A stretch of DNA of 64,000 nucleotides, taken from assembly GCF_009914755.1 (NCBI RefSeq), contig NC_060929.1; one strand, written 5' to 3'. Positions 46,297 to 64,000 of this stretch are shown here, piece by piece. A model generated the notes under the pieces. That model saw only the letters and a list, made by a program, of their open reading frames with translations, was not told the DNA's origin and did no database searches. Origin of the DNA: the human T2T-CHM13v2.0 reference genome, Homo sapiens. Position 1 is the first letter of the stretch; each line of letters starts with the position of its first letter. The translations under genes were made by a program, and so were the position numbers.

Positions 46297-46398
46297 GTGC
46301 TCACTTCAGCAGCACATATACCAAAACCGGAATGATAAAAAGAAGATTAGCATGGCTACTGAGCAAGGATGACACAAAAATTCATAAAGCATTCCTTA
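46297..46398 (+). pseudogene. U6 snRNA processed pseudogene, antisense to SKIC3
   Basis: GTGCTCACTTCAGCAGCACATATAC...AGAAGATTAGCATGG...GCAAGGATGACAC colinear with U6; ACAGAGA box mutated to AAAAAGA, CpGs decayed, A-rich tail. Confidence 0.93.
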
Positions 46399-46922
46399 AG
46401 AAAAACAAACAGAAAAAAAAAACCAGTTTCTTTAAAAAGGAGAAAGAAGGAAATGGAAGAAAGTAAGCATATATAATGAGCTCCCAGCTTTTTTAATACA
46501 ATCATTACAAATGTAGGTTATATATGGATGGTGGTATTTTATTTTATATTACCAAAAATAACTTAGATAACTACAAAACAATGCAAGTTGTCTCTGAAGT
46601 TTAAAAAAAATTTAATGAGCTTGTATAACTTACAAAGTAATTAAAGGTATTAAGATATTCTGGAGACATGATGAATTAATTATCAAAATGTAAGAGTAGG
46701 GAAACATGTTTTAGAGATCAATTTTTAGATCTAATAGTTATCATACTGTTTGTCTAAAAGTTAAATCTCTGTCACATTACTATTTATTAACTTGTGAAAC
46801 AAGATTTGATCTTTTTATATTCAAATTTATATAAGCTATACTGTAAGAGGTTCATATGGATGCTTGCTGTTGACTAAAGAAGTCCTTTTCAAGTTATTCA
46901 ATACATTTAGGCAGGAAATCTA

Positions 46923-47261
<339 letters not shown>

Positions 47262-48128
47262 CTAAAAGTATGGAACTATCTCCAAATCTGAAAGGAAAAT
47301 ATAAAATAAATAATTCAAGTAAACATATATATCTGTGGCTCCTTCTACTTATAAAAGTGCTATTTAAAGCAGATAAATTTGTTCCTTTTATGATTTTTTT
47401 AATGCTAAGAAATGTTATTTTAATTTCAGAATAAGAATAAAATGCTTTTTTTGAAAAAGTGCTGAACAAAATTTCTTTTCCTTGATTATCTTGAAGAACT
47501 CGAGTTTTCTATCCTACCAGGACAGGTGTCCATCTCAGTTTGTCACATCAGCCCATAATCCCCCACCAGCAATCCTTTTACCAAACAGAAATACCACAGT
47601 TAAAATATGGAAACAATAGGCATGCTTTAAATATCTGATCAAATTCCATTTCCGTGAAAATGCCTGTACTCTAGATACTAACATAAACCAGAAACAATTT
47701 TATTTTGATTCAAATACATTTATTTACATTTAAGTACTGTTCAAATCAAATGACTCAAATTGATCATATATGAGCTGCTCCCAATGCCCTTTAAGCTGCC
47801 AAATGTCTCCCTTGCCAAAAACAATGTGTGTCAGCAGAACAACAAAGATATGTACCTCAGCTTCTCATCACTAAAATTTCTATTGAGAACTACTATACAT
47901 ATGTATTAAGACTTCAATTCACTAATCTGGCTATCTCCTCAACAACAGGACACCATTTAATCCATCTCTGCAATTCCACTGCCCTGCAAACAATAAACAC
48001 CAATCAATCATAAAGTAATTTTGTTATTTCTTCTCTCAAAATACAACCTGGTAAGAGACAATTAAAATGCTTAATTTAAGGAACCGTTATGCTTGTCTAA
48101 CATAGTTTAAATACAATAAGGTGCCTTA

Positions 48129-48254
<126 letters not shown>

Positions 48255-48465
48255 CTAATAATAAGAAAATACTAATATTAGATATATTGAACATTATAAA
48301 AAGACAGAACGCTCATGTAAAGTACACAAACATATTTTCATTTCTCACTTCTGATTTTTTAAACTTACACTGGTATACATCAAATTACAGTTTCAACAAT
48401 AAGTGGTTAGTAATTTAATATCTGCCAATGGAAAAAAACTTCACTTACAGAGGCAAAAATATTTA

Positions 48466-48801
<336 letters not shown>

Positions 48802-49365
48802 TCATTTAATGAGTATCTTTACAAATACAGAAGATAAATACACAGATTAAAGAAAAAAGAAATAATTTCATTAAACATACAAAAATATGCCAAAAAATCC
48901 TTTGATGTAAGATTTAAAACAGACAGGAAAGCTGTCCCTCACTGCTTATAGAAAGTAAAAGGAAATATAAAAATATTTTGTTTTTTGGTAAAGGAAATGT
49001 GAAATTAGAGCTGCTACTGAATTAATCTGCTCTTACAAGTCAAGATAAGAATGTAGGACTTATAGATGTTAAGCATCTAAAAAAACAGGAATTTAAACAT
49101 CTAACTTGTATGCTCATAAAACTACAGTGAAAATTACCTTAAAAGTATTGTTTACAAGAGATAATTATGTCTCGTTTTCTACAACACATGCTTTTCAAAA
49201 AGTAACTTTCACATTTTATGTTTTAATTTTTTCCTTGAAAACCCATATAACACCATCACAAAACCTGACATATGAAAGATAAAGCACAAAAAACAGTTCA
49301 GTAAAGAGTAATTGTAACTAATGTATATGATTATTATTTATGATTTTATAATGCCATTTCAACTA

Positions 49366-49593
<228 letters not shown>

Positions 49594-49811
49594 CTAGTTG
49601 GAACAATCAAAGTTTGAGTGATTCAGAGGTGCCAAATTAGAAACCAATCATCACTTTAGGATTTATATTATCATAAGGAAAAAAGTGATTTGTTTTTGAA
49701 GAAGAGGATCTTAAAAAAGCACAGTGGCCTTTTAGCACTACCATGTGCTAAGTGTTCAGACTATACTGAACATTACATCTGCTTAGTGAACATTATGATC
49801 AGCTGATTAGA

Positions 49812-50110
49812 TTTTTTTTTTTATTTTTTGAGTCCGAGTCTTGCTCTGTCATCCAGGCTGGAGTACAGTGGAATGGTCCTGGCTCACTGCAACCTCCACC
49901 CCCCAGGTTCAAGCAATTCTCGTGCCTCAGCCTCCTGAGAAGCAGGGACTACAGGCATGTGCCACCACGCCCAGCTACTTTTTGTATTTTTAGTAGAGAT
50001 GGGGTTTCATCGTGTTGCCCAGGCTGGTCTTGAATTCCTGCGCTCAAGAGATCACCTGCCTTGGCCTCCCAAAGTACTGAGATTACAGGTGTGAGCCACC
50101 ACGCCCGGCC
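49812..50110 (-). mobile_element. Alu (J/S-like)
   Basis: Full dimer; TSD GATCAGCT(G/A)ATTAGATTT. Confidence 0.92.
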
Positions 50111-50324
50111 AAGATCAGCTAATTAGATTTGAAACCCATCATATAATTTTTTATAGCTACTGTACTACATGCTAAATACATTTCTTTAAAATACTAAAAC
50201 TTAAAGCCTACAAAGATCAAATTCATGAAAAATCAAATCTTCATCAAGCCTACTCATTTTGAATTTTTCAGAAATATAAAGAACTAAGATGTAAATGGTT
50301 CTATGAGCAATTTATATATCCTTA

Positions 50325-50429
<105 letters not shown>

Positions 50430-50478
50430 CTATAAAGTAGACACCTGTCAATTCTATAGCCAAATAAAAATGCTTTTA

Positions 50479-50601
<123 letters not shown>

Positions 50602-50759
50602 CTAGAAAATAATTGTAAAGAACTGCTATAAATCTCCTTCAACACAACCACAGCAATGTTTGCTTTAATTAACGAACGAACACAGAAAAGCATGGTCCTA
50701 ATAGAATAAAGAAATAGAGGTCCTGATTTCTATCACTAATAACACATCTTCACTCTTCA

Positions 50760-52200
<1,441 letters not shown>

Positions 52201-52911
52201 AAACATTATTTGAAAAACCTTTATAAAGCATTCACACAAAACACATTATTGGTGGGATGGCAAAAAGAAAACAAGAAAATATTAATTGTTGAAAGATGCT
52301 GACAACGGTTCTGATTTTAAAGAAATATTATGAAATACAAAGCCCTTTGAAATACATAAAACTGATTTAAAAACTCAATTTTAATTTAGACCAGTAATAG
52401 TCTTTACCTGACAAAAATCTTTAGGGCATAATGCTATAATTCATAATTTACCAGTTATAGTTTTTTTCACTATGGACTTTCAAATTGCTTTAACTCAAAA
52501 CACTAAGAAATCGGTTTCATTATGAAATATGAATCTTTCTTTGAATGAAACAAATAAACATTCTCTACCATGAAGCTAACAGTGTCCTTAATTATTCTTG
52601 TCAAATCTGCAGAACACTTCCTGAAGGAAAAAATTTGGAATCTCAAATTAATAATAATCAAGTAGTAATAACCTAAGAGGGCAAAAGGAAGAAACGAGAA
52701 TGAAGTCTAGAACTAACGAAATAGTCTTATATGATGAGTACTATAAGTCCTTAATCAAAAAGCAAACAAATAACTTTAGAAGTTCCCAAATGTATGAATG
52801 ACTTATAAAAGTGCAGATGTGGTGAATTCATACCTCTAACACAAAATCCATATAAGTAAATTTTGTGGTAGGCAGAGAATGGTTGTTGCCTGGTTGATTG
52901 GAAACTAACTA

Positions 52912-53349
<438 letters not shown>

Positions 53350-53900
53350 CTATCTATATTTGCTAAACAATAAAGGTTAGCCCACAACCAAAGCACCTGT
53401 AACAAATATAAGAAATTAAGGATACTGGAAGGGGAAAGCAGCTGAATTAGAATGGACCAAGGTGAACTGTTTCTTAGTTACAGGGAGCAAGCTACCAGGT
53501 GGGTCAGAAACAGTGAACCACTTTCATGATTTCCTATCCCCACCCCTCACCCTGTCACATTCAAATAGGCTCCAAGATGCCTAAGGTTTCCCCTCTCTAT
53601 ATCAGAGAAATTAAGAACTCATGTGTCTTGGACACACCAGAAACTTCCTTGTTACAAAGACAGAGGACCTCCACACCCAAGCCTAAACTGACTATGTCAA
53701 TATTCCAAATGCAGGAAAATTTTGCTAAATATTCATTGTCAGTTTAAAAATAAACACACTAGTACACATGCATGCAGACTTTTATTTAACCTCATTGAAA
53801 TTAAAATTAGCAATTTAAAATACAAAATATAGCATTTTGGTTTTTAAAAATCACTATCTTTGTCCTTTAAGATAAAAACAAATAGGGTTGGTCACCCTTA

Positions 53901-54650
<750 letters not shown>

Positions 54651-54994
54651 TTAAAGCCTAAGTTCCTAATGCATATATATCTACATGTCTGCCTTCCTCC
54701 CTCCCTCCCTCCCTCCCTCTCCCTCCCAATTTACTTTTTGCTTTGCTTTCTTTCTTTTCTTTTTTCTCTCTTTCTATATAGATATACCTATTTTACAAAT
54801 GAAAACACTGACACACAGTAAGTTTAACTCTTCTGAGGTCTTGAAATTAGTGATAAGCAGAGTCAGAGTTCAAACCTAAGCAGAGTCCAAGGTATGCAGG
54901 TACATTTTTTCCCTTCCACCTTAGATAGACATTCCTTAAAGAAAGGCTCAAAGATAAATGCCTACTGACTGAATAATAATTATACTTCACGTTA

Positions 54995-55177
<183 letters not shown>

Positions 55178-56509
55178 TTATTAGTATACATATATCGAGT
55201 TTCTAAATGCCCAAACCCATATTCTTAAATCTCAAAATCTGCCTTTATATTCTTATGCATTCTTCACCACATGCTGACTCCAGAAATTCAAAATTTAAAT
55301 AGACCAGCAAATGCAGAAAATATTAACATTTAATTTAAATAATTATGATTTTTCATCTTCTTAAATACTGGAAGTAGAAACCACTTTAGGATTTCAGACA
55401 AGAAACCTGCTACTTGCCAGTAGACTAAGCCACATAGCCTACTGCTTGCCAGCTGTAACAATTTGGTTGTCAAATGAAGGAGCCCTTGTCAAAGCAGAGT
55501 GTCTTCCTCAAGTTCTCTTCCTGGGCAACCATGCGCTGCTAGAGACATGTTAGTCAGATCCAGCAGACTCTTCCAGCATCCAAGGATCACAAGATAGGCG
55601 GGTTACTCATCAGGACACTGCACAAAGACTTAGTCACATTCCTCTTAAGTCTACAAATTTACCAGTACATTTCCACATTTTTCTAAAACTATCTTTTTCT
55701 ATATAAGTGAATTGTGACACTTATGAAATAGTCATCCAATGCCTACATTTATTTTATTTTCAAATTTATTTTGGTAAAATAGTTTAGAAAACATTATATA
55801 TTTTGTAATATTTCCATTTTCCCCAATCTCAATCCCACAAAAGCATCAAAACAAACAAAAAATTGTAATTTCTGTTTTAGAATAAATTGTGAATAGCATT
55901 CACAAGTTTAATAAATCATTTAATCACATAGGAGAATTCTTAAAAAGACAAACTACAACTTGAAGCAATAAATATGGGAAACAAAAAAAATTCCTGAAAA
56001 AAAAAGACCCGATGCTTTAATAACTATATAAAACATAGAAGCCCAAACCACATGTAGAACCACTGTTTCAGTTACAGATGTCAAAGGTAAATTATTTGCA
56101 TAATACCATGTAGCTCATATATTTCAAATTTTAAAAACCATTTGCAAACCAATGTATAATCCATTAGTAATATGTAGTAATATGTTATATACTGATTTAG
56201 AAATCCAAGTTGGCACCAAAAATGAAAAGAATTAATAATGGCTAAAGAGTTAAAACTTCAGTATATTTGGCAAAATATGAAAACAAATTGGAAGAAATAC
56301 TACTTTGATTAGTAAGCCAGTGAAAAAGACACAAGCCTGCTACTATTATGCTTCCAGGCATGAACTTCCTTGTCAATATTTTCTCACCATAGCTTCCATA
56401 AATATGAATTCCAAAAATAGATATGTCTAGTTCCATACACCCTATACCCTCCCAAGAAAACTAGCAGCTTTTTCCCTTTTGATCCAGTGGTATTGTCTAA
56501 ACTAGACAT

Positions 56510-56690
56510 TGTCTGCACTATCAGAATCACTTGGAAGACTTGTTAAAACACAGTCTGCTGAGCCCTATCCCTGAAGTTTATGGTTCAGTAGGTCTGTTTA
56601 AGACCTAAGAATTTGCATTTCTAAGAAGTTACCAGGTGATGCTGATGCTACTGGTCCAGAGATCATACTTAAAGACCATAGGTCTACAAT
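56510..56690. mobile_element. MER5A-like hAT remnant (approximate)
   Basis: agaatcacttggaagacttgttaaaacacag...aagaatttgcatttctaagaagttaccaggtgatgctgatgct. Confidence 0.75.
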
Positions 56691-59600
56691 ATTTGCTAAT
56701 ACCATATATGACCTTTACTATTAGTCTTATAACATGTATATTCTGCCCTTATTGCCTCTGTGGCTAAATGGTAACCTCTGGAGAGTACAGACCAGCATGG
56801 CATCTGATATGTGGTAGGTGTTCATTAAATCTTGTGACGATCCTTTAAAAATACCATTATGAACTGATATTCAAAAAGGCTTAGTCTGTTAATAGGTAAC
56901 AGCTGAAAATTACTACAAAAAATTAAAAATCTTCACCATCCTAAAAAAAAATAGCTACCAAACTCTTATCTTTTATCTCTACCCATCTCAGTCTAAACAC
57001 CCTGCCTCCATAGAAACATAATTTATGACAGACTACCTTGACTACATAAACTGCCTGTATTACAGGAAATATACCTGGGATGAAAATAGTTAAGAAAAAT
57101 CATGCATCTCTCCAGTGAACATCCATATTTAGGGTAGCTTAAACAACACACAGGTAATCAAAGTGTGGGTTGGTACACGAAAATAGTTTCCAAAAGGCTG
57201 AGATGAACATAAACGACTTTTAAAACAAGGTAAACCTTCCTAACATATTTCCTTTGCTAAAGCCTGGGAGCATAACAATAAAAACAAAATAAGATCTGGG
57301 GAGACTATGTTCATGTTCGGCCCTGGGTAACAATTCTCTGCATATGACCAAGCGGCACTGAGAGGAATTTTCTATAGTGTTCCCAAAACTAGCAACAGTA
57401 ATAACAACACTAATGATCCTTGTATAAAGAGACAAGGAATATTTCAGCTTCAACTATCAATCCTTCTCTTATTCATACTTATTCTTGTTGAGAATACTAG
57501 CTAAATAAATACCTTGGTGGAGGACAAAAACAGAGGAAATAGAATTCATTGCTTTTGAATCTTATTCATTGCAAATGAATAGAAAATCATTTACTTAACT
57601 GCTCTTTTTAACATTTAAAGGATTCTAAGGTTCCACATTTAACAACTTTAAAACAGTTAGACAATATTATTTTTATTTCTCAAAAACGCAAGCCAGATTT
57701 GGGGCTGATGAATGCTCAAATTCCAAGGGTAGAGGGTATTCTGAAGAGGTCCGTGTTGGATGCTGAGTAATAACTATGAAATTCTGTTTCTTAAAGTTTA
57801 CTACAAAAAGTCGGTTTTTAAAAAATTAATTTCTGACATCCCAAAAAAAGCTGATCAATACTATCTAATTTTTCTTTTAAATAAACTTAGCTTGAGGGGG
57901 GAAAAAAACCATGTACAATTTGGTGGCATTCATATTTATCTTCACCTGGATTTTCTAATAGTTTTAAAGCAGAAAATCTTAATCCAGCTCTTTTCTGCTT
58001 GAATTTGAAGAACCAAGCTTTTTTATCCTCCCCCATTTCAGTAACAAAGCAAAATAAGATAAATAAAAAAGTCATTTAGCATGAAAAAAAATTTCAACAG
58101 ATGACAACTGTGAAAGCCATTCACTACTTGTTACATGAAGCTTTATAAACTGAGTCATTTTGAAAATGAATTTTCAATTCTCAACAGGCAAAGCAGGACA
58201 AAGGAGAATGAAATACATTTGTTCTCAGTGGAGGAGAACCCAGTGATTAACTGCTGTGAAGTAGCAAATTCTGTACATACTGAAGTACTTTGTGGGAGGG
58301 CGGCTCAGACTTCAGAGACCTTACAGATTCTCAGAAGTTCTCAATACACTGAAAGTCGGGTTTAGAGGAGCAGTAAAAAGAAAAAAGCACAGATTCCTAT
58401 TGTCCTACATTAACTATTGAACTTCCACCTCAAGAATACTACTTTAACTTGAAATGTACCCAAACCTGAATTTCTCAGTTCCACAAATTCCTGCAACCAA
58501 CAATTCAGAAGGGAAAGAACTCTTCCCTGATTTTACCATATCTGTAAATATCCACATATACACTCTTTTTGCTGTGATATAGACCTTCTTTTCTTTCCAT
58601 TCTACATAATACAAATCCAGAACCTTACTCAAAAATGATTTTTTTCATTTAAACCAAGACACTTTCTAATCAATCAGTATAATCCCTTCACTATGTCTTT
58701 ATCAGAGCACTTTGTCAACCACTGAATTTATGTGCAAAACTCTGTAGACTATTGTTGATCCTATTTTTTTCTATTATTTTGTAGGCTTTTTAGAATATAA
58801 GGACAAGTCTACATTATAGGTACATTTATGCTTATTGAGAAAGCATTCTGTCAGTCCTCAAAAAGAATTTTCAAAGTATTCACTGTGTCATTTGGCGTGT
58901 GAGCAAGGCCAAGGCTGAGGTAATGGTGAAAACCATAAATAGCTGAATAGGAAATAAAGAGAAAAGAGTGAACACCAGCCATTAATTTTTCAATAACAAC
59001 AGTAACAGCAGAATAGGGAAAAAGAATTGGTACCAGGGGCCATACAATAAAGAAAATCAGCCTACTTATCTTTGGAACACACTGAGTCTTATATTAAAAT
59101 TGGAAGGATCTGGGTGATTTTAGAACTCAGCTTCCTATCAGGAAAAAAAAAAAAAAATCACAAGACTTCCTAAGTATGCTCCTTGTGCTTGATGTACCTC
59201 ATCCTCCTCAGCCTCAGTGCAACACTCTCATAATGTTAACTATCTCACCTACTAACTATTTCTTCTTACACCACTCCTGCCAGGCAGCTATTGCAGTTCT
59301 TCTCCCACCCCTCTAAAAGCTTACTATCCCCTCTGCGGGCTTCACTTTCTCATCCTACTACTCCCTAATGCACTTAGTCCACTTTCCTTTGTATACCTGC
59401 TTTTTCCTATTCTTTCCCCATCACTGTAATCTAAGCTCTAATTCAATCACTTTCATTTAAAAAGATAGCCTTAATAAAAAGCCTCACAATCATAAACTCA
59501 GTTGGCTCAATCTGTCAAGACAGACCATAATAATCTCACTTCTGAAATGCTCTTTCCCTGTCGTCTTGTGTTGCTTCTCGTCAGAGTCCACCTTCTTCTC

Positions 59601-60090
59601 TGACCTCATCCCTTCTCTTCCTTCACTTACTCCCTTTCTCTTTTTCATCTCTTTCCCTCCAAGCCAGCCAGCACTGCCCAAAGTACAGTTCTCAGTATTT
59701 TTCCCTTTAGTCCTCCTCTGATGGTAACCATTCCACGTCATTTTCACCTACATGCAAATGACTTCCAAACCATATGTCTACGCTTAGTATTGATCTCTCA
59801 TCTGCAAACCACTGATGGGCATTTCTCATTAACTGCCCCATTAACATCTCCTCTCAATAACCTACATTTCATACAAATCATCATGCCATATTGGGCCAAC
59901 TTTTCAGGAGAGGTGAAAGTTAAAATTGATTTTTGTCTCTCCGTCTAAGAAATCACTTTCATTTTTTCATTCATCTGTTCCTTTCTATCTTCACTATCAT
60001 ACTCCTCGTTCATTCAAACCTACTGTCACCTAGTGTACTGGAGCTAGTCCACCTTCTATACAATCTGTCCTGCACACCATGTTAGTTTAA

Positions 60091-60538
<448 letters not shown>

Positions 60539-61668
60539 AGTAACAGCATTTTTTAATTCAGACACCAGGAAAAAAAAAAAAGTAAAAGAGGACTTTAAAG
60601 GAGAGTTAAAATGAGGAGAACTGAGATAGGTGCAATGGTCATTTTCTACCAAGGAATTTTCCTTCACAGTTATCTTTAGCAGTAGTTTTCAACCCTTTTT
60701 TCACTATGACACATGTGAGGGTCATTCACATACAAAGCATTCTCATGTATATACTCATTTAGCAACAAAGTGAAAAAAATTAAATGGATTAGTAAAGCTC
60801 CACAATAATTGACAATCACTACCACACTGGTGTACGTACTAATATTTCTATTTCAGTGACTGACTTCTGTGAATTTGTTCACCTCAAGAGAGTAGGGCAT
60901 GAAATTCAGGTTATTAAAAAAAAAAATCTATTCAGCACAGATACTGACCAAAAGGAAAGAGGCTGGTGGAAAAACCAATACAGCCAACCTCTTGTTAACT
61001 GGTGGAATACCAGCCCTGGACACAAGACTTCCACAGCTACAGGTTACCCAACTCCCAGCAAGCTAGTTGTCATCAGTTCTCTCTTCCTCCCAAACAAAGT
61101 ACATGAAGATACAAGAGCATGAAGCATACACAGAGACAAATTCTCCCATTTGAATATGCTCTATTTCATTAAAAAAGGAGATTCAGGAATTTAATTACTT
61201 TATAATATTACAGTATTCATAACAGTGTTCTTATGACACTGTGACATAACATCAACACTGAGGCAGCTAAACTTTCCAAAAATCCTTTCTGTGATATTCA
61301 TAGCTCTGTGTAATATAGCCTGACCTATTTAGCCAAAATATATCTTAGTTATTTCTTCCACTATAACAAGCAAACCTATTTTACCATTCCTAAAAAATGC
61401 ACCTAGCTCCACATCTCTGCTCATGCCAGCTGGAATATATTTCACCTACTCCTGTTTACCTAGTTTCTATAAAAAATTCAAGACCCCCTCCAATTTCCAC
61501 CATTAAAAAGATTTCACTGACTAACAATAAATCTGGCAACTCATAATTCTTCTGTATTACTGTACTTTCCTATATTTATTAGTCTTTTCATATACACAAA
61601 GACTACACATTATACTTCTTTTTATGTCCAGAAACACAGAAACAACACCTTAAACATGGTAGACACTA

Positions 61669-61920
<252 letters not shown>

Positions 61921-61965
61921 CTAATTAGAAATACATACAAGTCACATTAGAGATTTAAAAAATCA

Positions 61966-62088
<123 letters not shown>

Positions 62089-62550
62089 CTATCATCTGTA
62101 TCATACTTAAATGACAAATGATTAAATGTATAAGACTCTCTTACACAAACTACACGTTCAATTAACTGCAAATGTATTCTACAGTCTAACCCTGACAACT
62201 TCAACGAGGAAAAAAATGTACATGTAAGTTTTGGAATGCATTCTAACTCCAACTGGCCAGCAAACTGCACTCAACTGGTAAGTAACAACTATACATTAAC
62301 AACATTAATTTAACAAAACGCACTTCCAAGTGCCTGCTGTCTCCTACAAAGTAGTCAACCAGAGTATAGTCTTATATGCTAGTATAGCTGCTACTGCTCA
62401 CATATCATTTTTAAAACAATTCTGAAATCACTAGCACGTTCTTTGAAGTATCTTCAATGATAGCAAATCTTCAACCTTTAAAAAGCAGTTATAAAGTTGG
62501 GTGATACTTTTGGTAAAAGAAAAGCAGAGATATGACTGAACTGTTATGAA

Positions 62551-62630
62551 ATCACTTCTCTTATGCAGTATTAGCTGACTCTGAAGAACATTCCATCACT
62601 TCTCTTATGCAGTATTAACTGGCTTTGAAG
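62551..62630. repeat. 36-nt direct duplication (3 mismatches, 8-nt spacer)
   Basis: 62551-62586 versus 62595-62630. Confidence 0.9.
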
Positions 62631-64000
62631 GCCAACAGGCCTTCTAAATATGTCTGGAATAAGAACAGCAATACTAGAATCCAAGGCAAGTGGTATAAAG
62701 CACTTCATACCACTCAGCTGGCTACACGTTCTGCATTTTAAAATGAATACTCATGACTTAATACCAAAAAGCCATAATGTAATTCAATATCTCAAATTTT
62801 CTTTGGAAAGTATGGTATAAAGTCTATGTAAATAAGTAAAATTTTGCTGCCCTGATAAAGTTAACAATCTTACAAAGAAGGAACATACCTCAAAACAGTC
62901 TAGCATAAAAGATTTTTAAAAACAGTAATAAAATTATTCCAAATGAAAAATCTGTAATACATTTTTTTCTAAATACTCAGTATTCAAGGTAGGTAACAAT
63001 AAATCCCCTCATCCTTTTATCTATTACTAACAGTTAGAAATCGATTCTTAAAATCTTAAGTACAATTAATTCTCTGTCATGGAGGAGGGTGGGATAGACC
63101 ATCCAAAAAGTTATTTTACTTATTTTGAAATGTGTTTGATATTCTGGTAACCTACATTATTTTAAGGAAAATAATAAAGTTATATTATGATATTATACAA
63201 TTTAAGAGAAACTGCTAAGCTACCTAATTTTGTCACTGCTCAATTTTTTCCACAATTGAATCTATGCACAGATAAATCATGTTATCACACACAAAAAAGA
63301 AATCTTATTCTCACATTTTTATCCCCAGCTCTTAGGACCCTGCCTGACACATAATAGGTAGTCAATAAATATTTTCTGAATAAACAAATTAATGAGTGAA
63401 CAAATGAACACATGAACAAATGAACAAATGAACACAAAGAAATGAACTTCCTATCCTATATAGAGTCTATATTTGTTTATTTAAAAATTCCACTCAATTT
63501 AACAAGTGTACATTAAGTAGCTATTTACTATAATAAGACATTAAGTTGACTTTTAAAGTTACAAATAAAAAAAGGAGAATGATAGACATATTTTCCAAAT
63601 GTGGTTCAAAACCAATTATTTTTTAGTCTTACAAAAATTCTCTTCAATTACTTTAAAATCTGCACCATAAAGACTTTTTTTCTAGGTGAAAAATACTAAA
63701 TATAAATATACTAAATACTAAATTTACTCTAAATACTAAATATAAATACTCTAAACAGTGGAATTGTTAAACCTCAAAGTAATTCAGTACTCTTAGTTCA
63801 GAAGTGTAAAGAAACACACCTTTAAAAGTATAACTTCTTAGACACCATAAGCAGTTTTGTGAAAGCCAATTCAGTTTCTTTTTTACAGTGATTAAGTTAC
63901 TGATGTATTGCAGATTCTTATGAACACAAGAGAATGAAATTCTGATACCATGAGTACCAATTCCACTCCATCCAGACTCCGTATGAGACTACAGGCCAAT

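Noticed and set aside
46297-46398. Functional U6 snRNA gene
   Set aside because: ACAGAGA box destroyed, many substitutions, an A-rich tail instead of a T-run terminator, and no evident PSE.
58135-58365. 76-aa plus-strand ORF and a GC-box-like GGGAGGGCGG in apparently non-repetitive intron 10 sequence
   Set aside because: No homology I recognise and no supported splice or promoter structure; cannot be distinguished from a chance ORF without conservation data.
63395-63755. (TGAACAAA)n and (AAATACT/AAATAT)n short repeats
   Set aside because: L2-tail-derived and low-complexity microsatellite-like sequence with no higher-order structure.

Overview
Human genomic DNA, identified by a pristine AluYa5-lineage element and an exon-by-exon match to human SKI3. 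The whole window lies inside SKIC3 (TTC37, the TPR scaffold of the SKI RNA-decay complex and a trichohepatoenteric syndrome gene) on the minus strand. I traced 32 consecutive GT-AG coding exons between 62070 and 3231. They join into one uninterrupted 3822-nt reading frame (1274 codons, about L182-M1455). Exon numbers 9-40 are inferred from my recollection of the reference; the start and stop exons lie outside the window. The introns hold ordinary primate repeats: 13 Alus, several L1 fragments, MST/THE1/MLT2A/MER61/LTR8 solo LTRs, MER44/MER5 DNA elements, MIR/L2 and a U6 pseudogene. I found no evidence of a new multi-gene biological system. The best leads are: a very young AluYa5a2-type insertion forming an inverted Alu pair around in-frame exon 37; a 99-bp AT-rich palindrome grown out of an Alu tail; a sense MER61 LTR 18 nt from a splice donor; a probable 3'UTR-only retrocopy; a strong G-quadruplex inside an Alu; a perfect 19-bp hairpin; and two missense differences from the recalled reference protein (L437V, R1296S). 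Repeat subfamily names come from remembered consensus sequences and need RepeatMasker/Dfam confirmation.
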